Below, piece after piece: positions 50,893-58,775 of a stretch of 64,000 bases of DNA. Source of the DNA: Thauera butanivorans NBRC 103042 (lineage in GTDB: Bacteria; Pseudomonadota; Gammaproteobacteria; Burkholderiales; Rhodocyclaceae); contig NZ_BCUG01000021.1 in NCBI RefSeq assembly GCF_001591165.1, forward strand, positions 1 through 64,000. Reading direction: 5' to 3'. The notes beneath the pieces were generated by a model that worked only from the letters and a program-made list of their open reading frames with translations, did no database searches and was not told where the DNA came from. Each line of letters starts with the position of its first letter. The stretch's first letter is position 1. The translations under genes were made by a program, and so were the position numbers.

Positions 50893-52125
50893 ATGACGAA
50901 AGACCATGACAACGCAGCCTTCCGCGACCCCGGCCCGGACAGCGATCAGCCACAACTCCAGGCCGAACCGAAAGTGAAATCGAAGCCGAAATCCGCTCCG
51001 CAGTCGCGATCGGCATCCGGATCCCGGGCGAAACGCAGCACCCGCAGCGGAGACATCGCTCCGGATCTGAGCCCGGAAGGCATCGAGAACTTCGAAGTCG
51101 ACCAGGCCGTGGCAGGCGCGCAGGATTCCAAGCTGGTCGCGCTCACCGACATCCTGCAGCGCGAAACCCGCGCCGCTCCCGCCAGAGCCGCACAGGCACT
51201 CGAAGCGATCCTCGCCGGCGCCTCGCCCGACGACGTCCATATGCTGCGCCGCGCGCTGATGAAGACCGATGCGAAGCTCGGCAATGGCGACCTGCATCCC
51301 GACGACGAGCTTGCCGAGGACTGGCGCAGCGGGGGCTATCCCTACCGCAATCTGATGTCGCGCAAGGCCTACGAAAAGCAGAAGTACCGCCTCCAGGTGG
51401 AGCTGCTGAAGCTGCAGGCCTGGGTCAAGGAAACCGGCCAGCGCGTCGTGATCCTGTTCGAGGGCCGCGACGCCGCCGGCAAGGGCGGCACCATCAAGCG
51501 CTTCATGGAGCACCTCAACCCTCGCGGCGCGCACGTCGTCGCACTGGAAAAGCCGACCGAAACCGAGCGTGGCCAGTGGTACTTCCAGCGCTACATCCAG
51601 CACCTGCCCACGGCGGGTGAAATCGCGCTGTTCGACCGCTCGTGGTACAACCGCGCCGGCGTCGAGCGCGTGATGGGCTTCTGTACGCCCGACGAGTACA
51701 ACGAGTTCATGCGCCAGGTGCCGGAGTTCGAGCGCAACCTGGTGCGCAGCGGCATCCACCTGATCAAGTTCTGGTTCTCGGTCAGCCGCGAGGAGCAGCG
51801 CCGCCGCTTCAGGGAGCGCGAAAACCATCCGCTGAAGCAGTGGAAACTGTCGCCGATCGACCTCGCCTCGCTCGACAAGTGGGACGACTACACCAAGGCC
51901 AAGGAAGCGATGTTCTTCTACACCGACACCGCCGATGCGCCATGGACGGTGGTGAAGTCCGACTGCAAGAAGCGCGCGCGCCTCAACGCGCTGCGCTACG
52001 TGCTGCACAAGATGCCTTACGCCAACAAGGACATCAGCCTCATCAAGCCGCTCGACCCGCTGCTGGTCGGCCGCGCCAACGTGGTGTACGAGCGCGGCGA
52101 GAAGGAAGGCGTGCCGTTGCTGTAG
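50893..52125 (+). CDS. ppk2: Polyphosphate kinase 2 (PPK2) with about 150-aa low-complexity N-terminal extension
   Basis: VVILFEGRDAAGKGGTIKR Walker A. FDRSWYNRAGVERV lid. PPK2 family throughout. Confidence 0.9.
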   Translation: MTKDHDNAAFRDPGPDSDQPQLQAEPKVKSKPKSAPQSRSASGSRAKRSTRSGDIAPDLSPEGIENFEVDQAVAGAQDSKLVALTDILQRETRAAPARAAQALEAILAGASPDDVHMLRRALMKTDAKLGNGDLHPDDELAEDWRSGGYPYRNLMSRKAYEKQKYRLQVELLKLQAWVKETGQRVVILFEGRDAAGKGGTIKRFMEHLNPRGAHVVALEKPTETERGQWYFQRYIQHLPTAGEIALFDRSWYNRAGVERVMGFCTPDEYNEFMRQVPEFERNLVRSGIHLIKFWFSVSREEQRRRFRERENHPLKQWKLSPIDLASLDKWDDYTKAKEAMFFYTDTADAPWTVVKSDCKKRARLNALRYVLHKMPYANKDISLIKPLDPLLVGRANVVYERGEKEGVPLL

Positions 52126-52146
52126 GCGCCGGATTGCCGGACGCAA

Positions 52147-52180
52147 GCGGGCGGGAGCGGGTTTCCCCGCTCCCGCCCGC
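52147..52180. terminator. Perfect 15-bp GC hairpin between convergent ppk2 and DUF2249 genes (possible intrinsic terminator, no U-tract)
   Basis: gcgggcgggagcggg-tttc-cccgctcccgcccgc. Confidence 0.35.
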
Positions 52181-52201
52181 CGCATGGCGCCTGCCGCGGT
52201 T

Positions 52202-52525
52202 TCAGCCGCCGGAGCAGCCGCAGCCGTTGCCGCCGCCGCAGCTTCCCGCACCCGCCACAGCGGCCGGCGCAGCTTCGGCGGCCGCACCGAGCTGGATGCG
52301 GAAATCGATCACGATGTTGCCCGGCTCGCGGGCGACGTAGTCGATCGCCACCTGGTTGCCGTAGCGCTGCTGGATCTGGTTGAGCAGCGGCAGCGGGTCG
52401 TGATCGTTCACGAAGCGCATCGTCTCACCGTCCTCCAGCGACTCGAGAGCGCCGAAGATGGCGGCATGGCGAAAGCGTTTGGCGACGCCACGGGCGTCGA
52501 AAGGGTGGACGGCATTGTCGAACAT
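52202..52525 (-). CDS. DUF2249-domain protein
   Basis: MFDNAVHPFDARGVAKRFRHAAIFGALESLEDGETMRFVNDHDPLPLLNQIQQRYG matches the DUF2249 pattern. Cys/Gly-rich tail. Start ATG 52525. Confidence 0.55.
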   Translation of the reverse strand: MFDNAVHPFDARGVAKRFRHAAIFGALESLEDGETMRFVNDHDPLPLLNQIQQRYGNQVAIDYVAREPGNIVIDFRIQLGAAAEAAPAAVAGAGSCGGGNGCGCSGG

Positions 52526-52752
52526 GGCAGAGATTCCTTCGATTCGGATTCCGGACTTTGGCTTCGCTTGCGGCCGGTCACGCAGTGACGCGAATGCTAA
52601 GGGACAGCCCCTGCCGGAAACCTTGAGGCAGAACAAGAAATCGGCCTGCATGCGCCATGCGCCGCAGCCGTAACTCCCTGGCAGCAGACCTGCTAAAGTT
52701 CCATCGGACAAATCAGACAAGCCCGAAGTAGGCCACCCCAGGAGATTCTTCC

Positions 52753-53376
52753 ATGCTCGCTCGACTCACCCGCCGCGCTCCCGCCATCCTGATCCTCAGT
52801 GCCAGCCTCGCTCTGGGCGGCTGCGGCTACAACGATTTCCAGCGCCTGGACGAACAGACCAAGTCGGCCTGGGCCGAAGTCCTGAACCAGTACCAGCGCC
52901 GTGCCGACCTGATTCCCAACCTGGTCGAGACGGTCAAGGGCGAAGCCAGCTTCGAGCAGGAAACCCTCAGCCGCGTCATCGAAGCGCGTTCGCGCGCCAC
53001 CGCCATCCAGGTCACACCCGAAATGATGAACGACCCGCAGGCGATGGAACGCTTCCAGCAGGCCCAGGGTCAGCTCGGCAGCGCCCTGTCGCGGTTGCTC
53101 GCGGTATCGGAAAACTACCCCAACCTGAAAGCCAACCAGGGCTTCCAGGACTTGCGCGTGCAGCTCGAAGGCACGGAAAACCGCGTCACCGTCGCGCGCA
53201 ACAAGTACATCGACGCAGTGCAGCAGTACAACGTGCTGGCACGCAGCTTCCCGACCAACCTGACGGCGATGATCTTCAGCTATTCGCCCAAGGCCAGCTT
53301 CAGCGTCGCCAACGAAGCCGAAATCTCCAGCCCGCCGACGGTCGACTTCGGCAGCTCCGGCCAGGGCAGCAAGTGA
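52753..53376 (+). CDS. lemA: LemA-family protein
   Basis: Lipoprotein-like signal (LSASLALGGCGYNDF). RRADLIPNLVETVKG...SENYPNLKANQGFQDLRVQLEGTENRVTVARNKYIDAVQQYN is a canonical LemA core. Confidence 0.85.
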   Translation: MLARLTRRAPAILILSASLALGGCGYNDFQRLDEQTKSAWAEVLNQYQRRADLIPNLVETVKGEASFEQETLSRVIEARSRATAIQVTPEMMNDPQAMERFQQAQGQLGSALSRLLAVSENYPNLKANQGFQDLRVQLEGTENRVTVARNKYIDAVQQYNVLARSFPTNLTAMIFSYSPKASFSVANEAEISSPPTVDFGSSGQGSK

Positions 53377-53406
53377 CAGCCGGATGGCGACCATGACGAG
53401 GCAACA

Positions 53407-54381
53407 ATGACAACAGGCGCCCGGCAACCCGGCCGACCCATGCGCTTCCCGGCAGCACGGCCTGCCGCGCCCGGCTGGCGGCCTCTTGTCTACCTGCTGC
53501 TTCTTGCCCTGCTGGTCCTGGCCTGGCCTGGCGCCGTTCAGGCACAGCAACTGCAGCCGGTACCGGAACTCACCGCCCGGGTCATCGACCACAGCGGAAC
53601 GCTCGACAGTGCGCAGCAACAGGCGCTGGAACAGAAGCTCGCCCGCTTCGAGGCCGAGCGCGGCAGCCAGATCGTCGTCCTGCTCGTGCCCACCACGGCG
53701 CCGGAAGACATCGCCGCCTATGCCTGGCGCGTCGCCGACACCTGGAAGATCGGCCGCCGCGAAATCGGCGACGGCATCCTGCTGGTGGTGGCCAGGAACG
53801 ACCGCCGCGTGCGGATCGAAGTCGCGCGCGCGCTCGAAGGCGCGGTGCCGGATCTCGCCGCCCATCAGATCATCGACCGGCTGATCACCCCTGCTTTCCG
53901 CCAGGGCGATTTCGCCGCCGGCATCGATGCCGGCGTCGACGGACTGATGGCGCGGATTCGCGGCGAAGACCTGCCCCTCCCCGCTCCCGCCGGACGCGGC
54001 AATGGTGCGCCCGCGCTGGAAGATCTCGCCGTCCTGCTGTTCATCGCCGTGCCGCTGGCAGGCTCGTTCCTGACCGGCATGTTCGGCCGCAAGCTCGGCG
54101 CGGTGGCGACCGGCGGCGTGACCGGCTTCGTCGTCAAGCTGCTCACCGGCAGCCTGGCGATCGGCATCCTTGGCGGCATCGCGGCGCTGGTGTTCGTGAT
54201 CGTGCTCGGCATCGGCGGTGGGGGCCGGGGTGGCGGCGGCTTCCACCGCGGCGGCGGGCCAATCATCTGGGGGGGCGGCCCTAGCCGGGGCGGCCGGAGT
54301 GGCGGTTTCGGCTCGGGCGGAGGCTTCGGCTCGGGTGGCGGCGGCAGTTTCGGCGGCGGCGGCGCCTCGGGGAGATGGTGA
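53407..54381 (+). CDS. TPM-domain protein (YgcG/TLP18.3-like) with TM segment and Gly-rich C-terminal tail
   Basis: VIDHSGTLDSAQQQALEQKLARFEAERGSQIVVLLVPT...DGILLVVARNDRRVRIEVARALEG is a TPM phosphatase domain, followed by a TM helix and a (GGGF/GSGG)n tail. Confidence 0.75.
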   Translation: MTTGARQPGRPMRFPAARPAAPGWRPLVYLLLLALLVLAWPGAVQAQQLQPVPELTARVIDHSGTLDSAQQQALEQKLARFEAERGSQIVVLLVPTTAPEDIAAYAWRVADTWKIGRREIGDGILLVVARNDRRVRIEVARALEGAVPDLAAHQIIDRLITPAFRQGDFAAGIDAGVDGLMARIRGEDLPLPAPAGRGNGAPALEDLAVLLFIAVPLAGSFLTGMFGRKLGAVATGGVTGFVVKLLTGSLAIGILGGIAALVFVIVLGIGGGGRGGGGFHRGGGPIIWGGGPSRGGRSGGFGSGGGFGSGGGGSFGGGGASGRW

Positions 54382-54918
54382 ATGAACAGGCTCACACGGC
54401 TGCTTCGCCACCTGTGGCTGGATGCCGACGACGCCCAGCGCGCCATCGGCGGCGATGCGCTCGCCCGGCTCGAGGCCCGCATCACCGAAAGCGAATCCGC
54501 ACATACCGGGCAGATCTGCCTGTGCATCGAAGCCAGCCTGCCGCTGCGCTACCTGTGGCGAACGATCCGGCATGGCGAACCGATCGGCGAAGTGCTGCGC
54601 GATCGTGCCCTGACCACCTTCGGCAAGCAGCGAGTCTGGGACACCGAGCACGACAACGGTGTGCTGATCTACCTGTCGCTCGCCGAGCACCACCTCGAAA
54701 TCCTTGCCGACCGTGGGCTTGCGCGCCATGTCCCGGACACGGACTGGCAGGCCGTGATCCAGGAATCCAGCACGAGTCTGCGCGCCGGACGCCTGGAAGA
54801 AGGGCTCACCCACGCATTGGAGGGCGTCCACGCCCGGCTCGCGCGACACTTCCCGGCGGCAGGCGGTGATCGTGCCTCCAGGGAGAACTCGCTCCCCGAT
54901 CATCCGGTTCTGCGCTGA
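54382..54918 (+). CDS. TPM-domain protein (second member of LemA-TPM-TPM triad)
   Basis: Starts 1 nt after the upstream stop. ICLCIEASLP...NGVLIYLSLAEHHLEILADRG matches the TPM fold pattern. Confidence 0.7.
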   Translation: MNRLTRLLRHLWLDADDAQRAIGGDALARLEARITESESAHTGQICLCIEASLPLRYLWRTIRHGEPIGEVLRDRALTTFGKQRVWDTEHDNGVLIYLSLAEHHLEILADRGLARHVPDTDWQAVIQESSTSLRAGRLEEGLTHALEGVHARLARHFPAAGGDRASRENSLPDHPVLR

Positions 54919-54974
54919 ATCCTCCCCCGCTTCGCTGCCCCGTTCCGCGCGGAGCATCATTTTGCGCCTGTTGC

Positions 54975-55003
54975 TGCAGTGCAACATTTTCAGGAGTTTT
55001 GCA
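54975..55003 (+). promoter_or_regulatory. Candidate operator (TGCA-containing inverted repeat) upstream of phasin gene, possible PhaR site
   Basis: tgcagtgcaacattttcaggagttttgca. TGCAAC...GTTTTGCA half-sites sit 165 nt upstream of the phaP start. Confidence 0.25.
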
Positions 55004-55168
55004 TTTCCGTCTCGAGAATTGCGAGGTTCCGAGGCATCGCCTGTGCTATTGTCCTCATCGAGGCGGGGGAAGCTGGACAGTAGCGCGGTCCGGACTCTGA
55101 TTGCTCCGGGAGGGCGACGAGACGCCTCGCGAAATTCCAGACAACCATATCGCGAGTGGAGATGACTT

Positions 55169-55672
55169 ATGGCCAGCAAGCAAGATCAATTCAACGAGCT
55201 GCAGAAGAAGAACCTCGAGGCCGCGATGCGCCTTGCCCAGCTCTCCATCGAGAACTCGCAGCGCATCATGGAAATCCAGGTCACCACCGCCAAGACCCTG
55301 TTCGAGGAAGGCGTGGAAAACGCCAAGGCCCAATCCACGGCCAAGGACCCGAAGGCGTTGATGGACCTGCGTACCCAGTACGCGCAGAACACCACCGAGA
55401 AGATGCTGGCTTGTGCGCGCGAAATCGCCGAGATCACCGCCACCACCCAGGCCGCCTTCGGCAAGCTGGTCGGTGAGCAACTGACCAGCGGCAGCCAGGA
55501 CATGTTCGAAGCCATGCAGAAGATGTTCAAGGGCATGCCGATCTCGGATCAGAACGCCCTGGGCGCCATGCAGACCGCCATGGACACCACCCGCGCCGCT
55601 TTCGAGCAGATGACGCGTGCCTCGACCGAAGCTTTCCAGGCCTTCACCCAGCAGCCCAAGGGCCGCAAGTAA
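55169..55672 (+). CDS. phaP: Phasin-family PHA granule-associated protein
   Basis: 167 aa, all-helical. MASKQDQFNELQKKNLEAAMRLAQLSIENSQRIMEIQVTTAKTLFEEG is typical betaproteobacterial phasin (PhaP) sequence. Confidence 0.85.
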   Translation: MASKQDQFNELQKKNLEAAMRLAQLSIENSQRIMEIQVTTAKTLFEEGVENAKAQSTAKDPKALMDLRTQYAQNTTEKMLACAREIAEITATTQAAFGKLVGEQLTSGSQDMFEAMQKMFKGMPISDQNALGAMQTAMDTTRAAFEQMTRASTEAFQAFTQQPKGRK

Positions 55673-55704
55673 CATCGTTCGACAGGCAAAGACCGCACAA
55701 CGAC

Positions 55705-55735
55705 GAAAACGGCGCCTCATCGGCGCCGTTTCCCG
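55705..55735 (+). terminator. Rho-independent terminator after phaP
   Basis: aaacggcgcc-tcat-cggcgccgtttcccgttt: 10-bp stem followed by a T-rich tract. Confidence 0.6.
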
Positions 55736-55777
55736 TTTACCCGATCTGCTTACCGCCCGGCCTCCGTTGCGGAGGCC

Positions 55778-56251
55778 TCACCCTTGTTTCCCGGCCTCGC
55801 TCCAGCGTGCCGCCGCCGAATCGTCGCTGTCGCGCGCCTCGACCCAGCGGGCGCCTGCCGGCGTTTCCTCGCGCTTCCAGAACGGCGCGCGGGTCTTCAG
55901 GTAGTCCATGATGAATTCGCAGGCGGCGAAGGCGTCGCCGCGATGGGCACTGGCGACGCCGACGAAGACGATGCGATCGCCCGGCTCCAGCCGGCCGACG
56001 CGGTGGATGACGCGCACATCCAGCAGCGCCCAGCGCTGTTGCGCCTGTTCGACGATCTCGCCCAGCGCCTTTTCGGTCATGCCCGGATAGTGTTCCAGTG
56101 TCATCGCCGAGACGCCGCTGCCATCATTGGCATCCCGCACCAGACCGACGAAGTTCGCCAGCGCGCCGACATCCCGGCGGCCGGCACTCAAGGCCGCGAG
56201 TTCGGCGCCCGGATCGAAATCCGCTTCCTGCACGCTGATGCTGGCGAGCAC
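55778..56251 (-). CDS. moaE: Molybdopterin synthase catalytic subunit
   Basis: 157 aa. ...VGALANFVGLVRD....LEHYPGMTEKAL..I matches the MoaE family. Confidence 0.9.
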   Translation of the reverse strand: MLASISVQEADFDPGAELAALSAGRRDVGALANFVGLVRDANDGSGVSAMTLEHYPGMTEKALGEIVEQAQQRWALLDVRVIHRVGRLEPGDRIVFVGVASAHRGDAFAACEFIMDYLKTRAPFWKREETPAGARWVEARDSDDSAAARWSEAGKQG

Positions 56252-56254
56252 GAT

Positions 56255-56503
56255 TCAGCCTCCCGTCACCGGCGGGAAGAACGCGACTTCGTCGCCCGCC
56301 GCCACCAGCGCATCGGCCCCCACCATGCGCTGGTTGAGCGCCGCGCGCACGTTGCGCCCTTCGGCCAGCGCCTGCCAGCCCTCGCCGCGAGCGGCAAGGT
56401 GGACGCGCAGATCGCCCACCGTTGCCACACCTGCCGGCAGTTCGAACTCTTCGTCCGTACGGCCCACGGCTTCACGCAGGCTGGCGAAATACAGCACTTT
56501 CAT
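56255..56503 (-). CDS. moaD: Molybdopterin synthase sulfur-carrier subunit
   Basis: 82 aa. MKVLYFASLREAVG...FFPPVTGG has the C-terminal Gly-Gly. Start ATG 56503. Confidence 0.8.
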   Translation of the reverse strand: MKVLYFASLREAVGRTDEEFELPAGVATVGDLRVHLAARGEGWQALAEGRNVRAALNQRMVGADALVAAGDEVAFFPPVTGG

Positions 56504-56514
56504 CGTTTTGATCC

Positions 56515-57720
56515 TCAATGCAGCAGATCGGCATAGGGCAGGAAACGGACAATCTCCCCCCTGGCCACGGCCTTGCCGGCCGGAATGTCCACCAGGCCGT
56601 TGGCCCACACCGTCGAGTTGAGCGCCGACGAAGCCTGGTTCCGGAACAGTTCGATCCCGCCCTGCGCATTCATGCGCGCGCGCAGGAACTCGCGCCGGCG
56701 GTCGGGTTTCGGCCAGTCGAAATCGGCCCGGAGCATCAGCGACTGCGGCAGCACCTCGCCCGCGCCCTGGCTGGCCAGCACGAAGGGGCGAACCATCATC
56801 AGGAAGGTCACGAAGCTCGATACCGGGTTGCCCGGCAGGCCGATGAAGGCCGCGCCATGCACCCGGCCGTAGGCCAGCGGCTTGCCCGGCTTCATCGCGA
56901 TCCTCCACAGGTCCAGGCTGCCTTCGGCTTCGACTGCAGGCTTGACGTGGTCCTCTTCGCCCACCGACACGCCGCCGCTGCTCAGGATCAGATCGTGGCC
57001 CTCGGCAGCCCGCCGCAGCGCCTCGCGGGTGGCGGCGAGGCGGTCCGGGATGATGCCGAAATCCTCGACCTCACAGCCCAGGCCGGCAAGCAGATTGCGC
57101 AGCATGAAACGGTTCGAATTGTAGATGGCACCCGGCGGCAACGGTTCACCCGGCATCACCAGTTCGCTGCCGGTGGAGAACAGCGCGACTTTCAGGCGCC
57201 GATACACCGGTAGCTGCGCCGCGCCGACCGATGCGGCCAGCGCCAGCGCCTGGGGTGTCAGGCGCAAGCCCGCCGGCAGCACTTCGGCACCGGCGGCGAC
57301 GTCGTGGCCCCGGCGGCGCACGAATTCGCCGACGGCCGGAACGGTGTTGATGACGACGTGTTCGCCTTCGTGTTCGCACAACTCCTGCATCACCACCGCA
57401 TCGGCACCTTCGGGCAAGGGCGCGCCGGTGAAGATGCGCGCAGCGGTACCCGGCTGCAGCGCATGGCCGACGCTGCCCGCCGGAATGCGCTGGCTCACCG
57501 GAAGGCGGGTGCCTGCGACGGGCACGTCGGCTGCACGTACTGCGTAGCCATCCATTGCGGAGTTGTCCATCGGCGGTTGGTCGATGGTCGAATGCAGCGC
57601 CGCCGCCAGCACCCGGCCGGCGGCCATCATGGTGTCGACGGTTTCGATCTCACGCACCGGACGGACGAAACCGAGCAGCCTTTCATGGGCTTCGTCGAAG
57701 GAGAGGATGTTGCCGTTCAT
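56515..57720 (-). CDS. moeA: Molybdopterin molybdotransferase
   Basis: 401 aa. MoeA N, MoCF-binding (SSGGVSVGEEDH) and C domains. Confidence 0.9.
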   Translation of the reverse strand: MNGNILSFDEAHERLLGFVRPVREIETVDTMMAAGRVLAAALHSTIDQPPMDNSAMDGYAVRAADVPVAGTRLPVSQRIPAGSVGHALQPGTAARIFTGAPLPEGADAVVMQELCEHEGEHVVINTVPAVGEFVRRRGHDVAAGAEVLPAGLRLTPQALALAASVGAAQLPVYRRLKVALFSTGSELVMPGEPLPPGAIYNSNRFMLRNLLAGLGCEVEDFGIIPDRLAATREALRRAAEGHDLILSSGGVSVGEEDHVKPAVEAEGSLDLWRIAMKPGKPLAYGRVHGAAFIGLPGNPVSSFVTFLMMVRPFVLASQGAGEVLPQSLMLRADFDWPKPDRRREFLRARMNAQGGIELFRNQASSALNSTVWANGLVDIPAGKAVARGEIVRFLPYADLLH

Positions 57721-58226
57721 TGCAGGTCCAGATGATCCAGGATGAAGCCGGCGATGACGGCCGGCTCGTTGAGCGGGAGCAGCGGCAGCGGGCAGTCGAC
57801 ACCGATCTCAGCGGCCGGCACGTCGCTGGCCACCGCAACCACATGCGGGTTTTCCGGCCACAGCGGCGGCTTGCCGTGCGCCGGGCGATGGATTTCCAGC
57901 TTGGGCACCGCGGCGGCCTTGTAGCCTTCGATCAGCACCAGATCGCAGGGTTCGAGCAGGCGGAGCTGCTCGTCCAGCGTCGGCTCGGGCGCACCGCGCA
58001 GTTCGTGCATCAGCACCCAGCGATCATTGGACAGCATCAGCACCTGGGTCGCCCCTGCCTCGCGGTGGCGCCACGAATCCTTGCCTGGCCTGTCGAGGTC
58101 GAAGCCGTGGTGGGCATGCTTGATCACCGACACGCGCAGGCCGCGCGCGGTGAATTCGGGAATCAGCCGTTCGACCAGAGTGGTCTTTCCCGAGCCGGAC
58201 CAGCCGGCAAAACCGAATACTTTCAT
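57717..58226 (-). CDS. mobB: Molybdopterin-guanine dinucleotide biosynthesis adapter protein MobB
   Basis: MKVFGFAGWSGSGKTTLVERLI P-loop. 169 aa. Its stop overlaps the moeA start (ATGA). Confidence 0.85.
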   Translation of the reverse strand: MKVFGFAGWSGSGKTTLVERLIPEFTARGLRVSVIKHAHHGFDLDRPGKDSWRHREAGATQVLMLSNDRWVLMHELRGAPEPTLDEQLRLLEPCDLVLIEGYKAAAVPKLEIHRPAHGKPPLWPENPHVVAVASDVPAAEIGVDCPLPLLPLNEPAVIAGFILDHLDLQ

Positions 58227-58379
58227 CGAGGACAAAAAAGGCCCGCCCGCCGCGTTTGACAAAGCGAAAGGATACCAAACAAAGCGCTCCCTCTTCTTTC
58301 CGGGGGCCGGCACGGAGACCATGGCGATCGTTTTGCTACCATGAAACCCCCATGCCATCGTCGAGCGCGGAGGAAACTG

Positions 58380-58727
58380 ATGAAATTGCCGCACGCCCAT
58401 GAATCCAAGCTTTCCTTGCGAATCGTTGCAGCATTCGTGCTGCCCGCCATCATGTTCCTCCTGCCATCGAGTGCCCGCAGCGAGCAAACCTGGGTGCCGC
58501 AGCACAGCGGAACATCGAATGAACTCCATTCGGTCAGCTTCACCCCCGACGGCCGGTCTGGCTGGGCCGTGGGATTCGGCGGAACCATTCTCGCCACGAC
58601 CGACGGCGGGCAGACCTGGGTGGCGCAACGAAGTGGCACGCCGAACGAACTACGCGCGCTCAGCATCGCACAGGATGGCCGCTCCGCCTGGGCAGTGGGC
58701 TTCGGCGGCACAATTCTCAGCAGATAG
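58380..58727 (+). pseudogene. Short BNR/Ycf48-like repeat protein fragment (two WxxQxSGTxNEL...DGxxxWAVGxGGTIL repeats). Possibly a truncated remnant
   Basis: Only about 115 aa, a signal-like N-terminus and two sialidase/Ycf48-type repeats. Full-length family members carry 6 or more repeats. The ORF ends 48 nt before the convergent helicase gene. Confidence 0.4.
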
Positions 58728-58775
58728 AGTGGATCGAATTCGAAGAAACCGTTCGGCAGAGCGACCCCAGCATGC

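Noticed and set aside
52693-55179. 828-aa minus-strand ORF spanning lemA, both TPM genes and the phasin upstream region
   Set aside because: It is antisense to three well-supported genes and crosses an intergenic region. It is a high-GC artefact.
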